Notes under the pieces: generated by a model
Databases searched by the model: none
The model's input: only the letters and a program-made list of their open reading frames with translations
Told to the model about the DNA's origin: nothing
Part shown: positions 10,819 to 20,440 of the stretch, in pieces
How the letters are laid out: every line of letters begins with the position of its first letter
How positions within the stretch are numbered: the first letter of the stretch is position 1
Position numbers and translations under genes: made by a program
Source: Spirochaetia bacterium
GTDB lineage: Bacteria > Spirochaetota > Spirochaetia > SP-2023
Direction: 5' to 3'
Assembly (NCBI GenBank): GCA_965225855.1
Contig: CBDDCK010000005.1
Location: 416,001 to 480,000 of the forward strand
DNA: 64,000 nt

Positions 10819-11460
10819 ATGCTAGTAGCCGCTTTATTGTTGACCTATTTGATAGGCTCTATACCTTTTGCCGTGATAACTGGCTATATTGTTGACTCTA
10901 CAGATATTAGAACAAAAGGCAGTGGCAATGCTGGTGCAACTAATGTTTGGCGTGTTTTGGGTTGGAAGCCGGCTGTTATTGTGTTGTTGTTGGATTTTAC
11001 CAAAGCCTTTGTCCCGGTTTTTTGGCTGCCCCAATGGCCTTATTTTTGGCCTTATTTTTGGCCTTATTTTGATAGTTATTTGTATGGACACAAGGAATTT
11101 TTGCAAATGGCCTTGCTGTTTTGCGCAGTTATTGGGCACGCCTTCCCCATTTGGTGTAAATTCCGCGGAGGTAAAGGGGTTGCCACGTGGGCAGGAGGTG
11201 TTGCCGCTATTTTTTGGCCGGCGATTCCGTTTGGTTTGGCGGTGTTTGCGCTAACGGTTGCGTGGACTCGCTTTGTTTCTTTGGCATCGTTAGTTACGGT
11301 ATGGCTGCTGCCGGCTTTTTATGGGGCTTTTGTTGCTATAAGCCAAAAGCAATTTTCTTGGTATTTGTTGGCTTTCTTTTTGCTAATGGCTGTTTTCATT
11401 ACATTTTTACACCGCAACAATATCCGCCGTTTATTGCATAAAGAAGAACCGAAGATTTAA
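10819..11460 (+). CDS. plsY: Glycerol-3-phosphate acyltransferase PlsY
   Basis: YLIGSIP, DIRTKGSGNAGATN, GHAFPIW, GGKGVAT and HRNNIRRL motifs. Confidence 0.95.
   Translation: MLVAALLLTYLIGSIPFAVITGYIVDSTDIRTKGSGNAGATNVWRVLGWKPAVIVLLLDFTKAFVPVFWLPQWPYFWPYFWPYFDSYLYGHKEFLQMALLFCAVIGHAFPIWCKFRGGKGVATWAGGVAAIFWPAIPFGLAVFALTVAWTRFVSLASLVTVWLLPAFYGAFVAISQKQFSWYLLAFFLLMAVFITFLHRNNIRRLLHKEEPKI
11035..11070 (+). repeat. In-frame 12-bp tandem repeat x3 within plsY
   Basis: (TGGCCTTATTTT)3 encoding WPYF x3. Confidence 0.9.
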
Positions 11461-11878
11461 TGGAAAACTGTAATTGTTTGGTAGAAAACTCACTGCTAAA
11501 TTTTAAGTGAGTCTTTTTTGAATGAAATATGAACAAATGTTGCCTTTGGCAAAAATAAGCCCCCACCCCAACACCAAACCAATAGCTGCCCCACCCCCAA
11601 CCAACACCCCAAAGCAACAAACCCGATCAACATTGTATTGCCAAAATTGTTTGCGTGAAGAGCCCCGACTAAATAGTTGATCCGGAACATGATAACTGAA
11701 CGGGATAAGACGCGATAACTCGGGATTTTTTTGGGGACAAATGGAAGGTAAAAATTGGCTTACTTTCCAAAATAAAAAGGTAAAAAAATTTTTGTTTTTC
11801 GGCCTATGGGTTGTCGGCAACAATACGCTTTATATCATGGTAACGGGCCACGGTCTCAAAAAGCTAATAAGGTTTCTG

Positions 11879-11923
11879 AAAAAAGCTAGTAAGGTTTTGA
11901 CTGAAAACCTTACTAGCTTTTTT
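11879..11923. repeat. Perfect 20-bp inverted repeat (possible bidirectional terminator or binding site)
   Basis: AAAAAAGCTAGTAAGGTTTT-gactg-AAAACCTTACTAGCTTTTTT. Confidence 0.8.
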
Positions 11924-12130
11924 GATTGGCAACCTGGGGATTTTCCAACGAGGCTGTGGCAGTCTCTAAAAAAATCGCAAAAAATTGTATTGTATTATTT
12001 TGCTAAAAACTGGGCTGTACTGCGATACAAAAAACTCAAATTCTTATTCTTATACTTTGTGCCATGATGTTTCGTACGATCATACGCAACGCCCGGACTG
12101 CGTCTAGCGTATTACAAATTTTTACCCAAG

Positions 12131-12268
12131 GTATCTCAAGCAATCTCAAGGTATCTCAAATAATCTCAAGCCTTTTGATTGGCATGGATTTTGAACCACC
12201 TTACAACACTAAACAACACTAAACAACACTAAACATAAAAAAACTTACAAAAAGCTTACAAAAAGCTT
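12131..12268 (+). repeat. Phased 10-11-bp microsatellites upstream of lipoprotein copy 1
   Basis: (NNATCTCAAR)4 at 12131-12170; (ACACTAAACA)3 near 12206-12235; repeated CTTACAAAAAG. Confidence 0.8.
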
Positions 12269-12277
12269 GTATGGGCC

Positions 12278-12304
12278 TTGACGCAACACCCCCCCTAGCA
12301 AAAT
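12278..12304 (+). promoter_or_regulatory. Candidate promoter with C7 tract in the spacer (copy 1)
   Basis: TTGACG-caaca-CCCCCCC-tag-CAAAAT; conserved upstream of all three paralogues. Confidence 0.55.
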
Positions 12305-12367
12305 GGGGATTTACAGACTAGCCCGTATGGGTTGGCCAATCTTTATCCATTGTTGGAGGTATTGCTT

Positions 12368-14401
12368 ATGTATAAGCTCAAACTACTTTTATTGCCATTA
12401 GCCTGGCTACTGGCCTTTATGGCCTTTGCCTGCGCCCCACCCGATGACGATGATCGATCTTCTGGGCCGTCTGGGCCTGCAATCACCAGTGCAAGCTACG
12501 ATGTTGGCACGGCTCTGTTAACCGTACAAGGTACTGACTTAAGTCCTACAGAAGCGCAAATCCAAACCATCGTAGTAGATGGCGTAGCTTTAGATTCCTA
12601 TACTGCAGATGACCCAGCCACTGGGCCAGATAGTAGCGATCTTGCAAAAGGTAAGTACCGTATTAAAAGCGATGGCACAGCGATTTGGCTGAAACTTAAA
12701 GATCAACATAAAGCTACTCTGAATGGCAAGGTGGGTAGCAATGGTCTAAAAAAAGGCTTGCTTAGCGTTGGCACTGGTGCTTGGGCGGGTTTAAATACAG
12801 CCAAAGACTTGGAAGTTAGTAATGTACCCGAAAATAAGCAGTCTAAAGTATCCGATGACAATCAGCCATCTAAGCAAACTGAAGAAGCTGAACAAGACGA
12901 ACAAGCTGAAGAAGTCGAACAAGCTGAAGATAAGCAGTCTAAGACCGAAACTGAAGAAGAGTCGCCTAAGCAACCTAAAGCCGAAGATCAGTCGCCTGAA
13001 GCCGCAATTACCGGTGCAAGCTACCATGTTGGCACGGCGCTGTTAACCTTGCAAGGTAATGACTTAGGTAGTGCAACCCAAGCCCAAATCCAAACTATCA
13101 CGGTAGATGGCTTAGCCTTCAGTTCCTATATTGCAGATGCCACAGCCACTGGGGCAGATAGTCGCAGTCTTGCAAAAGGTAAGTACCGCATTAAAAACGA
13201 TGGCACAGCGATTTGGCTGAAACTTACCGATACCGATAAAGCTGCTCTGAATGGCAAGACAGGTATGGATAGCAATGGTCTAAAAGATGGGTTGCTTACT
13301 AGCACTGGTGCTTGGGCGGGTTTAGATACAGCCAAAGGCTTGGCCGTTAGTGGACACCCACCCACAATTACCCGTGCAAGCTATGATGTTGGCACGGCGC
13401 TGTTAACTGTACAAGGCACGAACTTAAGTCCTACAGAAGCCCAAATCCAAACCATCGTGGTAGATGGCTTAGCCTTAATTTCCTATACTGCAGATACCAC
13501 AGCCACTGGGGTAAATAGTAACGGTCTTGAAAAAGGTAAGTACCGCATTAAAAACGATGGTACAGCGCTTTGGCTTTACCTTACCGATCGACATAAAGAT
13601 GCTCTGAATGGCAAGACAGGTATGGATAGCAATGGTCTAAAAGATGGGTTGCTTACTAGCACTGGTACTTGGGCGGGTTTAGATACAGCCAAAGGCTTGG
13701 CCGTTAGTGGAAACCCCGCACCCGCAATTACCCGTGCAACCTACAATGTAAATACAGGCTCATTAAAGATTACAGGTACTAATTTACCAAAAGCAGTTAC
13801 AGGCTGGGACTTTAGGGAATTGACGATTGTATCCGGTGATGGTAAGAAGAGATTGACATTATCCCGGTATACAATAGGTTCTGCAGCAAGTGCAACAAGC
13901 TTAAAGATTAGTTTAAATAGAGCCAAAGCCAATGCTATATTGGTTAAGGATGGTGATAGTGATGATGCTGGTGCATACAACCTGGAAGCAGCAGCAGGCT
14001 TTGTACCTGGTAGTAGCGCTGAAGACACAAGCAACCCTATTACCGTTAGTGGGAATACCATCGCCAGCGCAGAATACAATCCTAATACAGGCAAGTTAAC
14101 TATTGTCGGTAAAGGTTTACCGACAACAATTGCAGAGTGGGACTTTAGCAAATTGACGATTGTATCCCGTGATGGTACTAAGAGATTGACATTACCACGG
14201 CACTCAACTGTAGGTGAAAACAGAGCCACAGGTACTGTAGCAGTTACAAAAGGCGTAATTATTATTTTAAGCGGTAGTGTAAAAACCAATGCCGATGCTA
14301 TAATGCAGGATCGTTTTGGTCATTACAAACTTGAAGCAGCAGCAGGATTTGTACCTGGTGGTCCAGCAGACCCAACAGTTGTTCTTACTAGGAGTTCCTA
14401 A
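12368..14401 (+). CDS. Repeat-domain surface lipoprotein, copy 1 (A-linker-A-A-B-B), 677 aa
   Basis: GGAGGT RBS at 12355-12360 before ATG 12368; signal peptide ends FMAFA-C; three ~115-aa A repeats, an acidic linker and two B repeats (WDFxxL, YxLEAAAGF). Confidence 0.9.
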   Translation: MYKLKLLLLPLAWLLAFMAFACAPPDDDDRSSGPSGPAITSASYDVGTALLTVQGTDLSPTEAQIQTIVVDGVALDSYTADDPATGPDSSDLAKGKYRIKSDGTAIWLKLKDQHKATLNGKVGSNGLKKGLLSVGTGAWAGLNTAKDLEVSNVPENKQSKVSDDNQPSKQTEEAEQDEQAEEVEQAEDKQSKTETEEESPKQPKAEDQSPEAAITGASYHVGTALLTLQGNDLGSATQAQIQTITVDGLAFSSYIADATATGADSRSLAKGKYRIKNDGTAIWLKLTDTDKAALNGKTGMDSNGLKDGLLTSTGAWAGLDTAKGLAVSGHPPTITRASYDVGTALLTVQGTNLSPTEAQIQTIVVDGLALISYTADTTATGVNSNGLEKGKYRIKNDGTALWLYLTDRHKDALNGKTGMDSNGLKDGLLTSTGTWAGLDTAKGLAVSGNPAPAITRATYNVNTGSLKITGTNLPKAVTGWDFRELTIVSGDGKKRLTLSRYTIGSAASATSLKISLNRAKANAILVKDGDSDDAGAYNLEAAAGFVPGSSAEDTSNPITVSGNTIASAEYNPNTGKLTIVGKGLPTTIAEWDFSKLTIVSRDGTKRLTLPRHSTVGENRATGTVAVTKGVIIILSGSVKTNADAIMQDRFGHYKLEAAAGFVPGGPADPTVVLTRSS

Positions 14402-14444
14402 GTAAGTAAGGGTTTGGTTTAACTGCGCTTGCATTTGAAAATTG

Positions 14445-14640
14445 CAACCTTGGTAAGTTTTCTTATCAAGGCTGCTTTTATCAATTACAGCCTTGGTATG
14501 GATAAAATAGCAAGGCTGGAAAAAAATTTATTAAGGCTACAAATTTTTTTGTCAAGGCTGGAAATTTTTTTATTAAGGCTGCTTTTGCCAATTATAGCCT
14601 TGGTAAATACGGGAAGCCAATATAGCCAAAGGCTGGTACA
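14445..14640. repeat. Downstream palindrome cluster and 21-bp-period repeat (copy 1)
   Basis: Alternating CCTTGG and CAAGGCT elements; AAGGCT recurs at 14512, 14533, 14554 and 14575. Confidence 0.75.
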
Positions 14641-14869
14641 ACCAAGCTAAAAAGAACAAAAAAACTTGGAAGCCCAATTTACAGGCTTTAGACGGCTAAG
14701 TGTTTATGAGCGCAGTACAGCCTAAAAAGTAAGTAAATTTGCACGCAAGTCGTTTCATTTTGTGTGCGCCGTTACAAAAATCCAATTTTAGTTTCTAATG
14801 AGTTGACCTAAGTCTATACTGTCCATACTATAAAGCATATCAAAAATATGCGGGTTGACCGCAATATAA

Positions 14870-16186
<1,317 letters not shown>

Positions 16187-16190
16187 AAAC

Positions 16191-16230
16191 TTAAAAAGCC
16201 GACTTGTGCCCTCCCAAGTCGGCTTTTTAA
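16191..16230. terminator. Bidirectional intrinsic terminator between convergent eno and glnA
   Basis: Perfect 16-bp inverted repeat TTAAAAAGCCGACTTG / CAAGTCGGCTTTTTAA. Confidence 0.9.
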
Positions 16231-16231
16231 A

Positions 16232-18352
16232 TTACAAGGTAAACAACAATTCTTCGTAAGAAGGATATGGCCAAGCTTTCCGATCACATAAATGTTCTAA
16301 TCGGTCAATCTTTTCACGTAAATTATTCATCAACGGAATCATTTTACTGTAAACAAAGTCGGCTTGTTGTTGATCCGCACTGATTATTTCCGACTCTTGA
16401 CGAACAATACGTAAATTTTCAACCGATTCAACAATAGCTTCTAATAATTCATTAATTTCTGTAATCCGAGTTAATTGTCGCTCTACCTTCAGACTCAATT
16501 TCTGCTGCTTACGAACAACATTAATACTGTTTTCCAACTGTTTTTCTCCAGCAGGAATAACGCCAGTATTAGCCATTTCTTCCAATACTAAAGCCTCTAT
16601 GTTCAACAATTTATTGTAAACTTCTAAACGAATTTCATAACGAGAATGCAATTCTTCTTTATTTAGAATACCGTGTTTTTCAAACAGAGCTATAGTTTCA
16701 TCACTAATCAATGTCGGAAGAACATCAGGACTACTCTTCAAATTGGGCAATCCCCGTTTACGAGCTTCTTCTTGCCATTCTTCTGCATAACCATTGCCAT
16801 TAAAAATAATCCGCTTATGTTGCTCATAAGTTTGAGAAACCAATTCTTGGATCGTCTTGTTAACATCAGAACTGCTTTCCAACACATCAGCAAAATCAGA
16901 GAGAACATCGGCAACCGCTGTATTTAGGACAATATTGGAATCCGCAATGGACATAGCCGATCCAACCATACGAAATTCAAACTTATTCCCAGTGAAGGCA
17001 AAAGGAGAAGTTCTATTGCGATCACTATTATCTTTAGGTAACTCTGGCACAAGTGCAGAGCCAATGCCAATCATATCTTTATTTTTTGCTTTTTGAAATG
17101 TACCATTAGCAAATCCAGCCAAACTATTTTCCATTTCCTTTCCCAGAAATATAGAAATAATTGCCGGTGGGGCTTCATTTGCACCCAAGCGATGATCATT
17201 GCCTGCAGAACTCGCTGTCAAACGCAGCAATGCTGCATTTTGATCGACAGCTTTTAGTACCGCCGCGACAAACAACAAAAAGCGACAATTATCTTCTTCG
17301 GTTTTTCCCGGGTCAAATAAATTGAGACCGGTATCAGTACTTAAAGCCCAATTGTTGTGTTTCCCCGAGCCATTGACTCCAGCATAAGGTCTTTCATGCA
17401 ACAAACAAACTAAACCATTGCGCTGAGCGATTCGTTTCAAAGTTTCCATTATAATTTGGTTTTGGTCGGTTGCCAAATTAGTCGTGCTAAAAATAGGAGC
17501 TAATTCAAATTGATTGGGAGCAACTTCATTATGCTGAGTGCGAACAGTAACACCTAAATCCCATAGTTCTTCATTCAATTCAGCCATAAATTTAGAAACT
17601 TTTTCTGGAACACTGCCAAAATAATGATCTTCCATTTCTTGGCCTTTTGCTGGCATTGAGCCCATCATAGTTCGACCTGTCAAGCGCAAATCAGGACGTT
17701 TGTCAAATAATTCTTGATTTACCAAGAAATATTCTTGTTCAGCACCAACAGTACTGTCTACATAGGAAATATTTTTCATACCAATAGAGTATAAAACACG
17801 CACAGCTTGCTGGGATACAGCTGCCATGGAACGCAGCAATGGAGCTTTTTTATCCAGAGCTTCACCTGTATAGGAAACAAATACAGTTGGAATACATAGA
17901 ACCAAAGAATTTTCAGCATTTTTCTTTAAAAAAGCGGGAGAGGAGGTATCCCAAGCTGTATAACCACGTGCTTCAAATGTGGCACGCAAGCCACCATTAG
18001 GAAAAGATGAAGCATCAGGTTCACCCATAATCAGTTCTTTACCGGAAAACTCTGAAATTACTAAACCGTCTTCTTTTAACACAATGAAAGCTTCATGTTT
18101 TTCTGCTGTTAAACCAGTCAATGGATGAAACCAATGGCTAAAATGTGTTGCACCATTTTCCAATGCCCAATCTTTCATTGCGGTCGCAATAATATCAGCT
18201 GTATGCAAATCTAAGACATTTTTACCGTTCCGAACAGCCTGAAGAAATTTGTAGCATGATTTAGGCAAACGATTTTGTAATTGCCTTTCCGTAAAACAAT
18301 GTCTACCAAATGATTTTTCAAAATCATAGTTTTTTGTCACTTTCTCGGACAC
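16232..18352 (-). CDS. glnA: Glutamine synthetase type III
   Basis: 706 aa; HWFHPLTGLTAEKH, EPDASSFPNGG, HNEVAP, GSGKHNNW, RLGANEAPP and DRNRTSPFAFTGNKFEFR motifs. Confidence 0.95.
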   Translation of the reverse strand: MSEKVTKNYDFEKSFGRHCFTERQLQNRLPKSCYKFLQAVRNGKNVLDLHTADIIATAMKDWALENGATHFSHWFHPLTGLTAEKHEAFIVLKEDGLVISEFSGKELIMGEPDASSFPNGGLRATFEARGYTAWDTSSPAFLKKNAENSLVLCIPTVFVSYTGEALDKKAPLLRSMAAVSQQAVRVLYSIGMKNISYVDSTVGAEQEYFLVNQELFDKRPDLRLTGRTMMGSMPAKGQEMEDHYFGSVPEKVSKFMAELNEELWDLGVTVRTQHNEVAPNQFELAPIFSTTNLATDQNQIIMETLKRIAQRNGLVCLLHERPYAGVNGSGKHNNWALSTDTGLNLFDPGKTEEDNCRFLLFVAAVLKAVDQNAALLRLTASSAGNDHRLGANEAPPAIISIFLGKEMENSLAGFANGTFQKAKNKDMIGIGSALVPELPKDNSDRNRTSPFAFTGNKFEFRMVGSAMSIADSNIVLNTAVADVLSDFADVLESSSDVNKTIQELVSQTYEQHKRIIFNGNGYAEEWQEEARKRGLPNLKSSPDVLPTLISDETIALFEKHGILNKEELHSRYEIRLEVYNKLLNIEALVLEEMANTGVIPAGEKQLENSINVVRKQQKLSLKVERQLTRITEINELLEAIVESVENLRIVRQESEIISADQQQADFVYSKMIPLMNNLREKIDRLEHLCDRKAWPYPSYEELLFTL

Positions 18353-18490
18353 AATGATTCTCCTTTATGAGTTTATTTGCATAAACTATATTCTACAAAG
18401 CAAATATTATGTCAACCTAAATATATATAAAATAACTTTTAATAATGATATATAAATAAACAAATAGAAGTGAGTTTCATGACTATATAC

Positions 18491-18532
18491 AAACAAAGAC
18501 GCTCTGAACAAATCAAATGCTCAGAGCGTCTT
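18491..18532 (-). terminator. Intrinsic terminator after the flaA-like pair
   Basis: AAGACGCTCTGA / TCAGAGCGTCTT stem followed by a T-rich tract on the minus strand. Confidence 0.75.
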
Positions 18533-18577
18533 AAAGAATAGATTATCCTATACTAGCAGACATAATTTCTAAATCTC

Positions 18578-19345
18578 TCACCAATTATCAGCCGGATCAT
18601 CGGGATCTTTGGCATTAATACCAAAAAGGTCTGTAGTAGCTCGTAAATCATCAAAATAAACATAAAAATTACCAATAGAATCTTCTAAACTAGTCTCAAT
18701 TTTAAAGGATTCTATTAAAAGACCTGTTCCTAAATCACTTTGCTGAAAGTCACGCTGTTTCAAACTAGGAGGTATAGTAGCTGTCAATTTCTTCCAACCC
18801 AAAAAGTTAAGATTACCCATATACAATTCGTATCGCTTACCTTTTCCAACGAGCTCTTTGACAACCAATTTTAAAACATGATTTGCATTGCGCCCAGCAA
18901 CCCACACAGACACAGTTTTAACTGTACCTTCAATTGGGACAGGACGTCTAGGTACAATGAAAGCTTCACCGATAGAACGCCTCTTAAAATTTATACGAAC
19001 ACCCAAAATATTAAAATCTTGGTTAGCAGAAGCATCATTGCCCTCTTTTAATTGAGGAATCTTTGGCTTTGCTTGGGGACCAGAAGATATACGAGTGCGA
19101 GTTAAAATCGTACCATTATCCCTAGAAAAATGACCAGACCAGAATCCTTCATCCTCAAAACTACGTATAGGAATCTCTTTAATGTTCTGCTGAGCTTTTA
19201 TTTGATACATCATAGTTGGATCTGTATCGGGAGCACCAGCATCAACGACAACATCCGTGTTTTCTTGAGCAAACAGTGTTAAAGTGGTAAAGACCATAAA
19301 AACTAGATTTAGTAAGCTCAACAATGTCATGCGATATTTATTCAT
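18578..19345 (-). CDS. flaA: Flagellar filament outer-layer protein, FlaA family
   Basis: Signal peptide; PIEGTVKTVSVWVAGRN, LNFLGWKKL and YVYFDDLRA motifs typical of spirochete FlaA2. Confidence 0.8.
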   Translation of the reverse strand: MNKYRMTLLSLLNLVFMVFTTLTLFAQENTDVVVDAGAPDTDPTMMYQIKAQQNIKEIPIRSFEDEGFWSGHFSRDNGTILTRTRISSGPQAKPKIPQLKEGNDASANQDFNILGVRINFKRRSIGEAFIVPRRPVPIEGTVKTVSVWVAGRNANHVLKLVVKELVGKGKRYELYMGNLNFLGWKKLTATIPPSLKQRDFQQSDLGTGLLIESFKIETSLEDSIGNFYVYFDDLRATTDLFGINAKDPDDPADNW

Positions 19346-19372
19346 CTCTTTTCAATTCTCCTTTTCCTAAGT

Positions 19373-20305
19373 TTATTGCTCTTCTGCAGTTGCATCAGGT
19401 GCATCTTGAGTCTCAGTTTCTTGCGCAGAACCACCAGACACACTAGTATCCCAGATTTCTTGTATACGTCTAGGTATTGCCAAACTTTTACCATCATAAA
19501 AATTAGAATAAGTATCCAAGGTTACTTGCATCTGGTCAAAGTAAATATAGAAATTATCCACACGTTCATAAGGGTTTGTACGCACTACAAATTTCACAAA
19601 TTTCAAACGATAGTCTTGTAAGCTGTAACGACTATTTTGAGAAATATTATTGGGAACATTTGAAGCCATTTTGTGCCAACCATTAAACAACAGACTACCC
19701 GCACCATATTGCTGACGATTAATTCCTGAAACAACTCGCATCGGCAATACATGTGTTACACCTTTGAAATCTTGTACATGCATTTCAATTGTATAATCAT
19801 AGTTCGCACCCCAAACCCAAATATTGATGTTTTTAATACGGCCTGGCAAGTCTTCTTCTGATAGAGGCAATGGTTGAGGTTTCCATTTACCATCGATATC
19901 AACACCTACATAAACAGAAAAATAATTATAACCTTGACGATCAAACTTAACACGCACACCATAAACATTTTTCTTATTAGCTTCTGGTGGATCCTGACCA
20001 AAGAGATCGATTGGCCAATTATTGATATATTGTCCGATAGGAAAGCCTTCTGTTGCATAACGACTAGCTAAAGAATTACCAACACGCCAAACAACAGGCT
20101 CACCGGAAATATTTTTATTTTGAATACTCCCATCTTTTTGCAATATTCTTGCAGTTGTCCCTTTGGGAAATTTACTTATACCTCTACCATCAAACGTCTC
20201 TACTACAACATTTTCATAAAGAGGGTCCTGCTCAGCCCAAATAAACGCCCCCCCACTCAATAAGAAAACTGTAGTCGCAAACAGAATAGATACAGCTTGC
20301 TTCAT
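19373..20305 (-). CDS. flaA: Flagellar filament outer-layer protein, FlaA family
   Basis: FDRQGYN, PGRIKNINIWVWGANYDY, FNGW and PYERVDNFYIYFD motifs typical of spirochete FlaA1. Confidence 0.8.
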   Translation of the reverse strand: MKQAVSILFATTVFLLSGGAFIWAEQDPLYENVVVETFDGRGISKFPKGTTARILQKDGSIQNKNISGEPVVWRVGNSLASRYATEGFPIGQYINNWPIDLFGQDPPEANKKNVYGVRVKFDRQGYNYFSVYVGVDIDGKWKPQPLPLSEEDLPGRIKNINIWVWGANYDYTIEMHVQDFKGVTHVLPMRVVSGINRQQYGAGSLLFNGWHKMASNVPNNISQNSRYSLQDYRLKFVKFVVRTNPYERVDNFYIYFDQMQVTLDTYSNFYDGKSLAIPRRIQEIWDTSVSGGSAQETETQDAPDATAEEQ

Positions 20306-20361
20306 ATAAACTCCTTTTCAGCTTTGTCTAACTATTTTGACAAAAAATGCCATTAGCTAAG

Positions 20362-20389
20362 GTATCGTATCGAACGATAAAAAACTTTA
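20362..20389 (-). promoter_or_regulatory. Candidate sigma28 promoter of the flaA pair
   Basis: Minus strand reads TAAA-N16-TACGATAC, about 60 bp upstream of the ATG. Confidence 0.45.
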
Positions 20390-20440
20390 CAAAGTATTTT
20401 CACGAAAGCAAAATATTTTTCATATTTTGCTTTTACTATA

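Noticed and set aside
11399..12067. Short ORFs in the plsY-lipoprotein intergenic region
   Set aside because: Low-complexity, overlapping on both strands, no recognisable motifs.
12332..12367. Upstream TTG starts (MANLYPLLEVLL) of the lipoproteins
   Set aside because: The GGAGGT RBS lies within this stretch, 7 nt before the ATG that yields a canonical signal peptide in all three copies.
13741..14289. Antisense ORFs recurring opposite the lipoprotein domains (also 30063-30644, 49832-50713)
   Set aside because: Shadow frames caused by codon bias in repeated coding DNA; no RBS and inconsistent starts.
14429..14650. 73-aa leucine-rich ORF (toxin or leader peptide)
   Set aside because: TTG start without an RBS; the heptad pattern is simply the translation of the 21-bp non-coding repeat; not conserved as an ORF at the other copies.
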